Assembly: GCA_050014435.1 (NCBI GenBank)
Contig: JBEKDI010000058.1
Span: forward strand, 134-64,133
Reading direction: 5' to 3'
DNA from: Verrucomicrobiota bacterium
GTDB lineage: Bacteria; Verrucomicrobiota; Verrucomicrobiia; Limisphaerales; Palsa-1400
Length of the DNA: 64,000 bases
In this document: one piece after another, positions 27,180 to 36,418 of the stretch
Layout of the letters: each line of letters starts with the position of its first letter
Numbering within the stretch: the first letter of the stretch is position 1
The notes under the pieces: model-generated
What the model was told of the DNA's origin: nothing
Seen by the model: only the letters and a program-made list of their open reading frames with translations
Database searches by the model: none
Translations under genes and position numbers: made by a program

Positions 27180-27659
27180 GACTACTGCGTTATACACCCG
27201 CAAAAGTCGGACTCCAAGACAAAAGCGCGGAGCAGGCGGGCACCCGAATCATTCGCGATAAACTTGGAACATCACCCAATGGGTGAAAATGTGCGCGAGG
27301 ATAATTCCGCCGACGAGACGCCGACGGGTGCGACCGGGACGGTCGTGCTCCCCAAGCGTCGCTCGTGATTCGGGTGAATTGCACGGATTTTGGTCTTTTT
27401 GGCATTTTAAAATTTTTTCTCTATTCGGTTGACAGATGGCCGGCGGCGCCGCGTGGTCATGCTTTTTCCGTGTATCCGATGAACCAGCCATCGAAGCAGA
27501 CCGGTCTTGCGCCTCCGAGCCGTGCCTTTGCCGTTTTGTTTTTCTTCATGGGTAATTTTGGATTTTTGATTTGCATCATGACAGCCAGATGGACAAATAC
27601 TGTCTATTTGAAAAATAACTTTGGCGAACATTGGAAGTTTCCGGCGCATTACGGGATGA

Positions 27660-28871
27660 ATGGATACATGTTCGCCAGCTCTTGAAGTAAACAGCCTGCG
27701 GTCCGGAGACCAGCCGGCCGCATGGCAGGGTGCCGTGATCGAAGATTGCATTCCGCCAGCAGGCGAATTCCGCGACACGCTTGTGCGGGACTTCACAGAA
27801 ATTGAGCCGCACGTCGAGCCACGGCAGGAACGGCAGAATACGGATCAGCTCGTGGAGGCGATCAAGGCCGAGACCTTTGGCAGCTTGGTCGGCCAAAGCG
27901 CGGCCTTGCGGCGAATTGTCAACCAGATTGACATTGTCGCCCCCACGGAAGCTTCGGTGCTCATTCTGGGCGAGACCGGAACGGGCAAGGAATTGGTGGC
28001 CCATGAAATCCACGGTCGCAGTGCTCGCAAAGACGGCCCGTCGGTTCGCGTCAATTGCGCCTCCATTCCCCGGGAACTATTCGAAAGTGAGTTCTTTGGC
28101 CATGTGCGAGGCTCTTTTACAGGAGCCGTGAAGGATCGGGCCGGACGCTTTGAGACGGCTGAGGGCGGGACCATCTTCCTGGATGAGGTGGGGGAAATTC
28201 CGTTGGACATCCAGAACAAGCTACTGCGCGTGCTCCAGGAGAAGCGGTATGAACGGGTCGGCGATGACCGGACACGCCGGGCCAACGTGCGCATTGTGGC
28301 CGCGACCAACCGGGATTTGAAGAAAGCCGCCGCCGCCGGCCGTTTCCGCGAGGATCTCTACTACCGGCTGAATGTGTTTCCGGTTCAAGTTCCGCCGCTG
28401 CGAGCGCGAATGGATGACATCCCGTTATTGGCCAAACATTTTGTCGATCTCTCGGCCAGGGAATTGAAGTGCGCCAAGCCCCGTCTGACGAGGGCTGCGG
28501 TAACACAACTCCAGAGTTACGATTGGCCGGGCAATGTGCGGGAATTGCGCAACGTGGTTGAGCGCTCCGTGATTCTGGCCTGCGGCGGGGCTTTGGAGTT
28601 TGACCTGCCTGTCACCGGCCAAGCCTTGCCCCCGGTTCGGCCGAATCCTCGAACCGATTCGTTGGCGGGCAGCGTGGCGCAACCCAAGTTCCTCACTGAT
28701 GTCGAGGTTCAACGCTTCGAACGTGACAACCTCGTGCAGGCATTGGAAGCGGCCAACTGGAAGATCAGCGGGCGCGATAGCGCAGCGGAACTATTGGGCC
28801 TGAAACCTACGACTTTACTTTCAAGGATGACAAAGTGGGGCCTGAGGAAACCCGAACCCGGCCTTCCCTGA
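27660..28871 (+). CDS. Sigma-54-dependent activator lacking a receiver domain (AAA+ and HTH only)
   Basis: 403 aa. From about residue 64 onward it is highly similar to the activator at 19072-20646. The first ~60 aa are unrelated and show no recognisable sensory domain. Confidence 0.85.
   Translation: MDTCSPALEVNSLRSGDQPAAWQGAVIEDCIPPAGEFRDTLVRDFTEIEPHVEPRQERQNTDQLVEAIKAETFGSLVGQSAALRRIVNQIDIVAPTEASVLILGETGTGKELVAHEIHGRSARKDGPSVRVNCASIPRELFESEFFGHVRGSFTGAVKDRAGRFETAEGGTIFLDEVGEIPLDIQNKLLRVLQEKRYERVGDDRTRRANVRIVAATNRDLKKAAAAGRFREDLYYRLNVFPVQVPPLRARMDDIPLLAKHFVDLSARELKCAKPRLTRAAVTQLQSYDWPGNVRELRNVVERSVILACGGALEFDLPVTGQALPPVRPNPRTDSLAGSVAQPKFLTDVEVQRFERDNLVQALEAANWKISGRDSAAELLGLKPTTLLSRMTKWGLRKPEPGLP
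27850..28871. repeat. Arm 2 of the ~1-kb inverted duplication
   Basis: See arm 1. The two arms bracket 20.1-27.8 kb. Confidence 0.8.
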
Positions 28872-28887
28872 ATTGAACCAACCCATT

Positions 28888-31002
28888 TCACGGTCCACCT
28901 TTTTGGAAACCCGGTGCTCCACTCCCCTGAGCAATCAGCACCACCAGCGAACGAGGCCCGGCGCGATACGTTGGCCCCGTAACCACAGGTGCGGCCGGCC
29001 AATCCTGAATATCGTCGGGGGATTCGAGTGACGTATCAATCCATCGTCGCCATGGATGGCCGGCCGCGTGCATTCCTGCCGGCAACTCGAATTCGAGGGG
29101 TTCCCAATAAGCGTTGAAGATGAGATGGAAGGACAGGTTCTCCTCCGGCACTTCCGCGCTGATTGCCAGGCTGTGCGATTGCTGGCTCCAGTCGGGTTGG
29201 TGAAGCTTGACGCCATGCCAGGCCTTTCTGGCGCCACGGAGGAGCTGGTTCAAACTCAGCCTTTGGCGCTCAGTGTCCATTTTGCGCAAAGCTCGGCGCG
29301 CAACCAGGAGTTCGACAAACCGATGGAGGCCCGCGTGCTGCCGCACCCGGTTCCAGTCGAACCAACTGGTTTCATTGTCCTGGCAGTAGGCATTGTTGTT
29401 TCCGCGCTGGCTGCGCCGCGCTTCGTCGCCCATCAAGAGCATCGGCACGCCCAACGAAAGGAGGGTCACGGCCAGAAAGTTCTTAATCTGACGCTCGCGC
29501 AGTTTTTCGATGGCGAGGTCGTCGGTGGAGCCTTCCACTCCACAATTCCAACTTCGGTTGTCATTGGCACCGTCACGATTGTCCTCGCCGTTGACCTCGT
29601 TGTGCTTCTGGTTATAGGACACCAGGTCATTCAGGGTGAACCCGTCGTGACAGGTGACGAAATTAACGCTTTGCTCGGCTTCCCGCTCTTTGTGCCCGTA
29701 GATCTCAGGACTGCCGATGAATCGGTCGGCCAACCGCTCGACGGAGCCATCCGCCCCCAGGAAGAAACTGCGCACATCATCGCGGAAACGGCCGTTCCAT
29801 TCCTTCCAACTGTCGCCAATGAAATTGCCGACTTGGTAAAGGCCGGCAGCATCCCAAGCCTCCGCGATCAGTTTGGTTCCCGCCAAAGCCGGGTCGGACT
29901 CGATGTCCCACAAAACCGGAGGGTTGGGCATGATCTGGCCTGAGGGGTCGCGGGCAAGGATTGAGGCGAGATCGAAGCGAAAGCCATCCACGTGCATCGT
30001 TTCCACCCAGTAGCGGAGGCTGTCCACGATAAGCCGCCGAACGATCGGATGGTTGGCGTTGAGGGTGTTACCTGTTCCGCTGAAATTCGCGTAACGGGCT
30101 TGGTTGGCTTCGAGGAGGTAATAAATGGAATTATCCAGTCCGCGCAGGCTTATAGTGGGCCCCGTGTGGTCCCCTTCGGCGGTGTGGTTGAAAACCACGT
30201 CAAGAATGACTTCAAGACCTTCTCGGTGCAGCGCCTTGACCATGTCCCGAAACTCGTCTATCGGCCCGAGGGCGTCCCGCCGCGAGCTGTAGGCTTGGTG
30301 AGGCGCGAAAAACGAAACCGGCGCGTAGCCCCAATAGTTAACCTTGCCTGGCGGACAGTCCTGGGAATCGAACTGGAATACCGGCAGCAACTCGACCGCC
30401 GTAACCCCGAGTTGCTTCAAATAGGGAATCTTCTCGATTAGGCCGGCATAGGTTCCTCGCAGATGTTCTTTTAGGCCGGAACTCGGATGACGAGTGAAGC
30501 CGCGGACGTGCATCTCGTAGATGATGGTCCTGGAAGATGGTCGTTTTAGTGGAGTGTCGCCTTCCCAATTGTAGGTGGAAGTATCCACCACCACGCTTTT
30601 CATGGCAGTGGAGCAGTTGTCTCCCGGATGGCGGGCGGCCTCGCGGGAATAGCTCCGAGGGACAACCACGCCGCGTCCGTAGGGATCGAGCAGGACCTTG
30701 TTGACATCGAAGCGCGAGCCGCCGGCAGGGTCGAACTGCCCACGCGCCCGGTAGCCATAAAGCTGGCCCGGCTCTATTTCCGGGACGAAGGCGTGCCAAT
30801 AGTGGTAGCTTCGGCTGGTTACTGGATCTAACGGGATCACATGGGATGGCCGCGGATCGTCCTCCCGTTCGAAGAGCAACAACTCTATCGCCGCGGCGTT
30901 GCGTGAGAAAACGCTGAAGTTAACGCCGGCATTGACGATTGTGGCGCCCAGCGGCGAACTTCGTCCGGGGGGCACGCTGTGGTGTATCGCCGTGTGAGGC
31001 AT
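28888..31002 (-). CDS. glgX: Glycogen debranching enzyme
   Basis: 704 aa with an N-terminal CBM48 plus a GH13 catalytic core (DVVFNHT, GFRFDLA, EAWD, FVTCHDG). Confidence 0.9.
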   Translation of the reverse strand: MPHTAIHHSVPPGRSSPLGATIVNAGVNFSVFSRNAAAIELLLFEREDDPRPSHVIPLDPVTSRSYHYWHAFVPEIEPGQLYGYRARGQFDPAGGSRFDVNKVLLDPYGRGVVVPRSYSREAARHPGDNCSTAMKSVVVDTSTYNWEGDTPLKRPSSRTIIYEMHVRGFTRHPSSGLKEHLRGTYAGLIEKIPYLKQLGVTAVELLPVFQFDSQDCPPGKVNYWGYAPVSFFAPHQAYSSRRDALGPIDEFRDMVKALHREGLEVILDVVFNHTAEGDHTGPTISLRGLDNSIYYLLEANQARYANFSGTGNTLNANHPIVRRLIVDSLRYWVETMHVDGFRFDLASILARDPSGQIMPNPPVLWDIESDPALAGTKLIAEAWDAAGLYQVGNFIGDSWKEWNGRFRDDVRSFFLGADGSVERLADRFIGSPEIYGHKEREAEQSVNFVTCHDGFTLNDLVSYNQKHNEVNGEDNRDGANDNRSWNCGVEGSTDDLAIEKLRERQIKNFLAVTLLSLGVPMLLMGDEARRSQRGNNNAYCQDNETSWFDWNRVRQHAGLHRFVELLVARRALRKMDTERQRLSLNQLLRGARKAWHGVKLHQPDWSQQSHSLAISAEVPEENLSFHLIFNAYWEPLEFELPAGMHAAGHPWRRWIDTSLESPDDIQDWPAAPVVTGPTYRAGPRSLVVLIAQGSGAPGFQKGGP

Positions 31003-31041
31003 CTGGATTTGTTTGCGCGAAGTGCCTACGCCTCCGCCGGG

Positions 31042-31239
31042 TTATTCATTTATCCCCCAATACCGATACCCCGGGAATTCGGAGTGTTCCGACTCCCGAA
31101 CAGGCAAAGGAACATGCCGCGGCTCCCGTAGGCCCGCTGGAGTCAACTCCAGATGGGCCGGCGCGGACTTGTCTGGGTCCGGCTCAACCACTTCATGAGA
31201 AGGATTATCGAGGGATTCAAGAACTGTTTCTCGTTTCAT
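31042..31239 (-). CDS. Possible 65-aa acidic/Pro-rich protein ending ...FPGYRYWGINE
   Basis: An open frame fills the gap between the outer-membrane barrel gene and glgX. There is no ribosome-binding site, codon bias is only moderate, and I recognised no family. Confidence 0.3.
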   Translation of the reverse strand: MKRETVLESLDNPSHEVVEPDPDKSAPAHLELTPAGLREPRHVPLPVRESEHSEFPGYRYWGINE

Positions 31240-31286
31240 AACTGTTTATTCATAACTGGCAATTAGGCTGTTGTGCTGGAGTGCAT

Positions 31287-32696
31287 TTAGAATTTAACGA
31301 GCACTCCAACGGAAATCAGATTTCTATCGAATGCGCGCATCTCGGAATTAACAACCCCCGCCAGATCGTTGCGGCCTGCGTCAAACTCATAGGCCAGATT
31401 GGCGCTGATATGCGCGTTGAACGAATAATCTAAACGCGCGGAGGCGACATACTCGAAATCGAGCCGCTTGGAGGAGGGCAAATCCCCGCTCGTATAGTCC
31501 GATGACAGAATAGATCCCCCAAGATCCAGAGTCAGGTGGTCGCCCATCTTGCGGCGATAGCTTAATCTATATGTGCTGTCGAAATATGGAATCGTTCCGA
31601 GTTGTGAAACCCATTGAAACTGTTTGTATGTGACAGTCAGTCCATCCCTGGCTGTGATCTTGGCTGTCAAGCTTGCTTCTCCGTAATACGTCACCAGATG
31701 CATGTCACTTACCGGCGCGATGTGAGTGGCGGTGTCCGGTTGATAGTTTCGGAAATCAGGTCCGCCTTGAACTTTCATTTCCAACCATTGCCAAGGCTTG
31801 CCCTCGATGCCAAACAGCGCGCGCTGATAATCGCTTGATGAACTGTACGGAGAAAAACTAAACGACTCCTGATATTGATGGCCGTACCGGTAGCCCAGGG
31901 TGACGGCTAGTTGCGGCGCGACGCGATATCCGAAGTCGGGGCCCCCGTTGATATCGTAGCGGCTGGCGTAATTCTGATAACCGGTGACATCGAGTAATTT
32001 GGTCATCATATCGTAATCAAGCAGAGAAGCGGCGGGCCGGACGAACCATCTGTCATGGTTATATTGAAAGAAAACCGTGCCATTATCATTAATTTGTTCC
32101 CGGTGCTCACGGGGGGCACAGGTGGAATAAGCATTCAGAAAGGCCCCCGGATAGGTAGGGCCATATTTGCTCCCATCAATGAAGTTAAAAGTGTTATTTG
32201 CGCCAAGAGAAAAGGCGTCCCAATCGCCCTTGACAATGGCAGGAAAACTATGAGCATCGTAATTTTCCGCGGATGCTCCGTGGAAGACGGCAATTCTTGG
32301 CGCATAGGCAAGGGAAAGAACCTGCAAGGTTTGCTGGTTTGAAAGCAGCGGGGCAAAGTTCACCCCGATCCTGGGCGCCACCAGGGTGACGAAAGATGAT
32401 CGATTCTGGAGCGCCGCAACGCTCCCCGGTGGCACGGTGTACGAGAGGGGCAGGTATTTCGAATCCACGCCCGATAAATAGGGATTGTCGTCGAAGCTCT
32501 CCTTCACTTCAAAGGAAAGATCGGTCAGCCAGGACGGCTTCTCGAAGGAAAACTGGTCCGTCGTCATCTCGGCCCATTGCCTTTCGGCCGGGACAGAGAC
32601 CGTAATGGCTCCAGTCTCGTCAGCGGCAGACGCGGCCAGATCCCAGATGAGGAGAACGGCGACCGCAAGAGTGGATCTATTCCTTAAAATACTCAT
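31287..32696 (-). CDS. Outer-membrane beta-barrel protein (unknown family)
   Basis: 469 aa with a signal peptide (...LAASAADE), alternating beta-strand pattern rich in Y/G/N, and a terminal ...VGVLVKF. Confidence 0.7.
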   Translation of the reverse strand: MSILRNRSTLAVAVLLIWDLAASAADETGAITVSVPAERQWAEMTTDQFSFEKPSWLTDLSFEVKESFDDNPYLSGVDSKYLPLSYTVPPGSVAALQNRSSFVTLVAPRIGVNFAPLLSNQQTLQVLSLAYAPRIAVFHGASAENYDAHSFPAIVKGDWDAFSLGANNTFNFIDGSKYGPTYPGAFLNAYSTCAPREHREQINDNGTVFFQYNHDRWFVRPAASLLDYDMMTKLLDVTGYQNYASRYDINGGPDFGYRVAPQLAVTLGYRYGHQYQESFSFSPYSSSSDYQRALFGIEGKPWQWLEMKVQGGPDFRNYQPDTATHIAPVSDMHLVTYYGEASLTAKITARDGLTVTYKQFQWVSQLGTIPYFDSTYRLSYRRKMGDHLTLDLGGSILSSDYTSGDLPSSKRLDFEYVASARLDYSFNAHISANLAYEFDAGRNDLAGVVNSEMRAFDRNLISVGVLVKF

Positions 32697-33093
32697 TCTC
32701 CTGTATATATTCAGCGGCTCGGTAGAGGCGGTATCTCACCCAAGCCTGACACCCTCTGCACAAAGGAAATGTTTTGCCGGCTATCGCTGTAATTTGGTGC
32801 TGCCCCGCGTGTTCTTGCCCATCCAGTTTGTCATGAATTACATCATAAATACCAGAGGCAGGCACGGCATCACCTGGTCTGAACATATCCCCGTCATTGG
32901 CGATATTAGGTTTCTCTGTGTATATCTGACAAAGGGCTTTGGCGGGCAGGCCGAGCATCGCCGTCAGCCAGGAGCATGTCGCGAGGAAGTGGCGGCGTGA
33001 AGAGCCTTTGGACTCGGCCTGCAGCCAACTGGGCGATTGGGAACCGTTGGACATGGATGATTGCTGTTTTATAGAGTTAATATTTGGATCCAT
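32677..33093 (-). CDS. Tat-signal small protein with a C-terminal CxxC
   Basis: 138 aa. A twin-arginine motif SRRHFLA is followed by a hydrophobic stretch. The mature part contains HDKLDGQEHAGQHQ and PLCRGC. I recognised no family. Confidence 0.6.
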   Translation of the reverse strand: MDPNINSIKQQSSMSNGSQSPSWLQAESKGSSRRHFLATCSWLTAMLGLPAKALCQIYTEKPNIANDGDMFRPGDAVPASGIYDVIHDKLDGQEHAGQHQITAIAGKTFPLCRGCQAWVRYRLYRAAEYIQENEYFKE

Positions 33094-33102
33094 GACATCT
33101 CC

Positions 33103-34374
33103 TTAAGTGACGATGACGGCCAGTCCATCGGGAATAACCGTCACCTTTGCATTGTCGCCTCGAATTGCACAGGCGCGCCGCAACGCTTCGTCGAAGGTTT
33201 TGGCGAGTTCCATGTGCATGTTGGCTACTATCTCCGGGGCGACCAGATCGGACACGATGATCACATGGTGACGAGAAAGAATGCGCGCAAGGATCTGGGA
33301 TTCCCACTGGTCCGGGACCGTATGCCTGCGGTCAGTTTGGGCGACACGGTCCAGGAATTCTTTCGGGGTCTTGCATTGGGCCAGGTTGTTGTAAAAGCCC
33401 TCGCCACCGTGGCCGTCCGCCAGACCGGCCACCATGATTATGACCCCGCCCTCTTTGGTCGTGGCTTCCGCTGAGCTCATCCCCTTGACCGCCTGATAAA
33501 TGTTCTGATCCAGCGGATACCCGCCATTGGTGACCACGGCAATATCGCAATCGATCTTATTTACCCGGGCCAGCGAAGAGAGGAACTGCGTGCCTTTGCC
33601 ATGCGCTGCTTCCAAATCCCCGGCAAAGGAACCGATGATCTTCTTGTCGCCGTTCAAAACCACGTTGATGATGAATTTCAAGCCGGCCGTTTTCGCGGCA
33701 TAAAGCATGTCCTTGTGAATGGGATTTTCCGGCAGGATGCCGGCACGGGCCTTCGGAGAGGCGATAAATTCGCTGCAGTGGTTCGCCATAATGGTTTTGT
33801 AGGAAGCAATGCCGGGCAACACGGATTTCCGGCCTCCGGAGAAACCGGCAAAGAAATGAGATTCAATAAAGCCCTGGGCCAGCAGCAGGTCGGCCTCGAC
33901 TGCCACCCGGTTGATGATGCATTCGCCCCCCGACGGAAGCATGCCGATCTTTACCATGGCCTTGTCGTCGGTGGAGACGTGCATCACGATCTGCTCCTGA
34001 TCCACAATCTCCTGCCCGTATTTGTCGATCAACTCCTGCCGCGTGGAGGGGCGATGAAAACCGGTTGCCACCAGAATCTTGATGTTCGCATCCGGTTGCG
34101 CCGAGCGAATCCGCCGCAGGAGGATGGGCGTAATGATTTTGGAAGGCACGGGACGGGTGTGATCCGAGCTGATGATGACGATGTTTTTTTTGCCCTTTGC
34201 CAGCTCCTCCAGCTTTGGAGAGCCGACGGGATTGTCCAGCGAGGCCTCCACCAGTTGCTCCTGGGACATGCCAGGTTTGAAGTCCTCGACTTTTGAAACC
34301 AGCGCTCCCGCAAAATTCCGGTTGTCAATTTCGACCGAAATCTGTTTTCTGTCATAGGGTAAAAGAAATTTCAT
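33103..34374 (-). CDS. larA: LarA-family nickel-pincer-dependent 2-hydroxyacid racemase/epimerase homolog (DUF2088)
   Basis: 423 aa. Motifs SSDHTRPVP, FFAGFSGGRKSVLPG and the overall pattern are typical of lactate-racemase-like proteins. The start overlaps the tkt stop (ATGA at 34371-34374). Confidence 0.8.
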   Translation of the reverse strand: MKFLLPYDRKQISVEIDNRNFAGALVSKVEDFKPGMSQEQLVEASLDNPVGSPKLEELAKGKKNIVIISSDHTRPVPSKIITPILLRRIRSAQPDANIKILVATGFHRPSTRQELIDKYGQEIVDQEQIVMHVSTDDKAMVKIGMLPSGGECIINRVAVEADLLLAQGFIESHFFAGFSGGRKSVLPGIASYKTIMANHCSEFIASPKARAGILPENPIHKDMLYAAKTAGLKFIINVVLNGDKKIIGSFAGDLEAAHGKGTQFLSSLARVNKIDCDIAVVTNGGYPLDQNIYQAVKGMSSAEATTKEGGVIIMVAGLADGHGGEGFYNNLAQCKTPKEFLDRVAQTDRRHTVPDQWESQILARILSRHHVIIVSDLVAPEIVANMHMELAKTFDEALRRACAIRGDNAKVTVIPDGLAVIVT

Positions 34375-36402
34375 AACGGCCTTTCATTAAGCTTTCCTCG
34401 CAGCAATTCTCTGGCAACCGCCACAACCTGGTCCGGTTCGAAGCCGAACTTTTTTTGAAGTTCCTTCAGCGGCGCTGAAGCTCCGAAGGTGTGCATGCCG
34501 ATGACCCGGCCCTTCACGCCAACATAACGTTCCCAGCCGAAGGTCGATGCTTGTTCCACCGCGACCCGAGCCTCGATTTCGGGCGGCAGGACACTGTCCT
34601 GGTACTCCCGGCTCTGCTGCTCGAAGATCTCCCAGGAGGGCATTGAAACCACTCGTGACCGAAAGCCCTCGGTCAGCAATTTCTCGTGCGCCTGGACAGC
34701 GAGAATCAGCTCGCTCCCGGACGCAATTAGAATGACCTCGGGTTTCCCGTCCGGCGCGTCGGCCAGAACATAAGCACCATGTGCCACGCCCGATGCCGAC
34801 GCATACCCGCTTCGATCCAGGGTGGGCAGGGGCTGGCGAGACAGGGCAAGGACTGTAGGTTTGTGGCGCAACTTCATAATATACCGGTACGCTTCCACGA
34901 CCTCATTGGCGTCACCGGGTCGCAGAGTGACCAACCCGGGGATGGCACGAAGGGAGGCCAAATGCTCGACGGGTTGGTGGGTTGGGCCGTCTTCGCCGTC
35001 GCCCATGGCGTCGTGCGAGAAGATGAAAAGGGTGGGCAATGAAGACGAAGAAGCTAGCGCCAAAGCCGCGTAATTTCGACAGCGACAGACCATTGACGAT
35101 GGCGCCCATTGCGTGCTCGCGGATTCCGAAGTGCATGTTCCGGCCGCCTGGATTGCTGGCCTGGAAGTGACCCGCACCTTCGAAGGTCAACGTGGTTTTG
35201 TTCGATGGCCCAAGGTCCGCGGAGCCGCCGATGAGCCAAGGGATGTTTTGCGCCAGGAGGTTGAGGACCTTGCCGGAGGCTTCACGGCCCGCCAATCCCT
35301 TCGGATCTGCAGGGAAGACAGGGAGGTTTCGATCCCACCCCTGGGGCAACTCGCGGCGTTGCATCAACTCGATCTCGGTCGCCAGCTCCGGGAACTTGTT
35401 TCGATAAGCTGAGAAGAGCGCCAGCCACTCACGGCGGGCCGAATTGCCGCGGGCGCCAATGCCCGCCGCAAAATGAGCATAGACTCCGTCCGGCACGAGA
35501 AACTTCGCATCTTCGGGCCAGCTGTAACTGCGCTTGGTGAGTCTGACTTCCTCCTCGCCCAAAGGTTCTCCATGGGCTTCAGCCGTGTCCTGCTTGTGTG
35601 GAGCGCCGTAACCGATGTGACTGTCCAGAACGATGAACGTAGGCCGGCCTTTGGTCTGGCGGAAAATCTGGAACGCTCGTTCAATGCGATCCACGTCATT
35701 GGCATCACCGACGCGCAACACGTTCCAGCCGTAGGCGAGGAAACGGGCAGCCACATCCTCGGTGAAGGCAATGTTGGTATTACCTTCAATGGTGATGTGG
35801 TTGTTGTCAAAAATCCAGCAGAGATTGTCGAGGCCCAGATGGCCCGCGAGCGAGGCGGCCTCTGAAGAAATGCCCTCCATCATGCAGCCGTCGCCGCAGA
35901 CGGCATACACGTTGTAATTGAACAGGTCGAACCCGGGCCGGTTGTATCGGTTGGCTAGCCATTTCTGGGCAATGGCCATCCCGACCGCGGTGGCAACGCC
36001 TTGGCCGAGTGGGCCGGTCGTGGTCTCCACTCCGGAAACCCAGCGGTATTCGGGGTGGCCAGGCGCCTTGCTGCCGAGTTGGCGGAACCGGCGAATATCG
36101 TCCAGAGTCACCGCCGTCTCGCCCAAGCGTTCGTAATCGGCATCTACCGCATGCACCCCGGTGAGGTGCAGAATGGACCAGAGCAGCATGGAGGCGTGCC
36201 CGTTGGAAAGCACAAACCGGTCGCGGTTGGGCCAGATGGGGTCCTGCGGATCGTACTGCAGCACCCGGTTCCAGATCGTGTAAACCAACGGCGCCAGCGC
36301 CATCGGCGTGCCCGGATGACCAGACTTGGCCTGCTGCACGGCGTCAATGGAGAGCGTGCGGATCGTGTTGATCGCTAGTTGGACTGTGTTCTCGTCTGTC
36401 AT
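34371..36402 (-). pseudogene. tkt: Transketolase interrupted by an internal deletion and frameshift
   Basis: The N-terminal ~455 codons (SGHPG..., GDGCMMEG..., GIREHAMGAIVNG...ASFFVF) are in one frame. LPTLFIFSHDAMGDGEDGPTHQPVEHLASLR... to the end is in another frame. The ~15 conserved residues normally between them are missing. The junction is at ~35040. Confidence 0.8.
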
Positions 36403-36418
36403 TGGATTCACCGTTTGA

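Noticed and set aside
27557-27576. TTTGGATTTTTGATTTGCAT ~85 nt upstream of the receiver-less activator gene.
   Set aside because: The -24 element is TGGAT rather than TGGCA, and the GG-to-GC spacing is one nucleotide too long.
27365-27685. A 106-aa ORF filling the ECF-sigma / activator intergenic region.
   Set aside because: It has AT-rich, low-complexity, Phe-rich translation and no ribosome-binding site or motif. The region looks like divergent promoter DNA. A TTGACA occurs, but no matching -10 lies at 17 nt.
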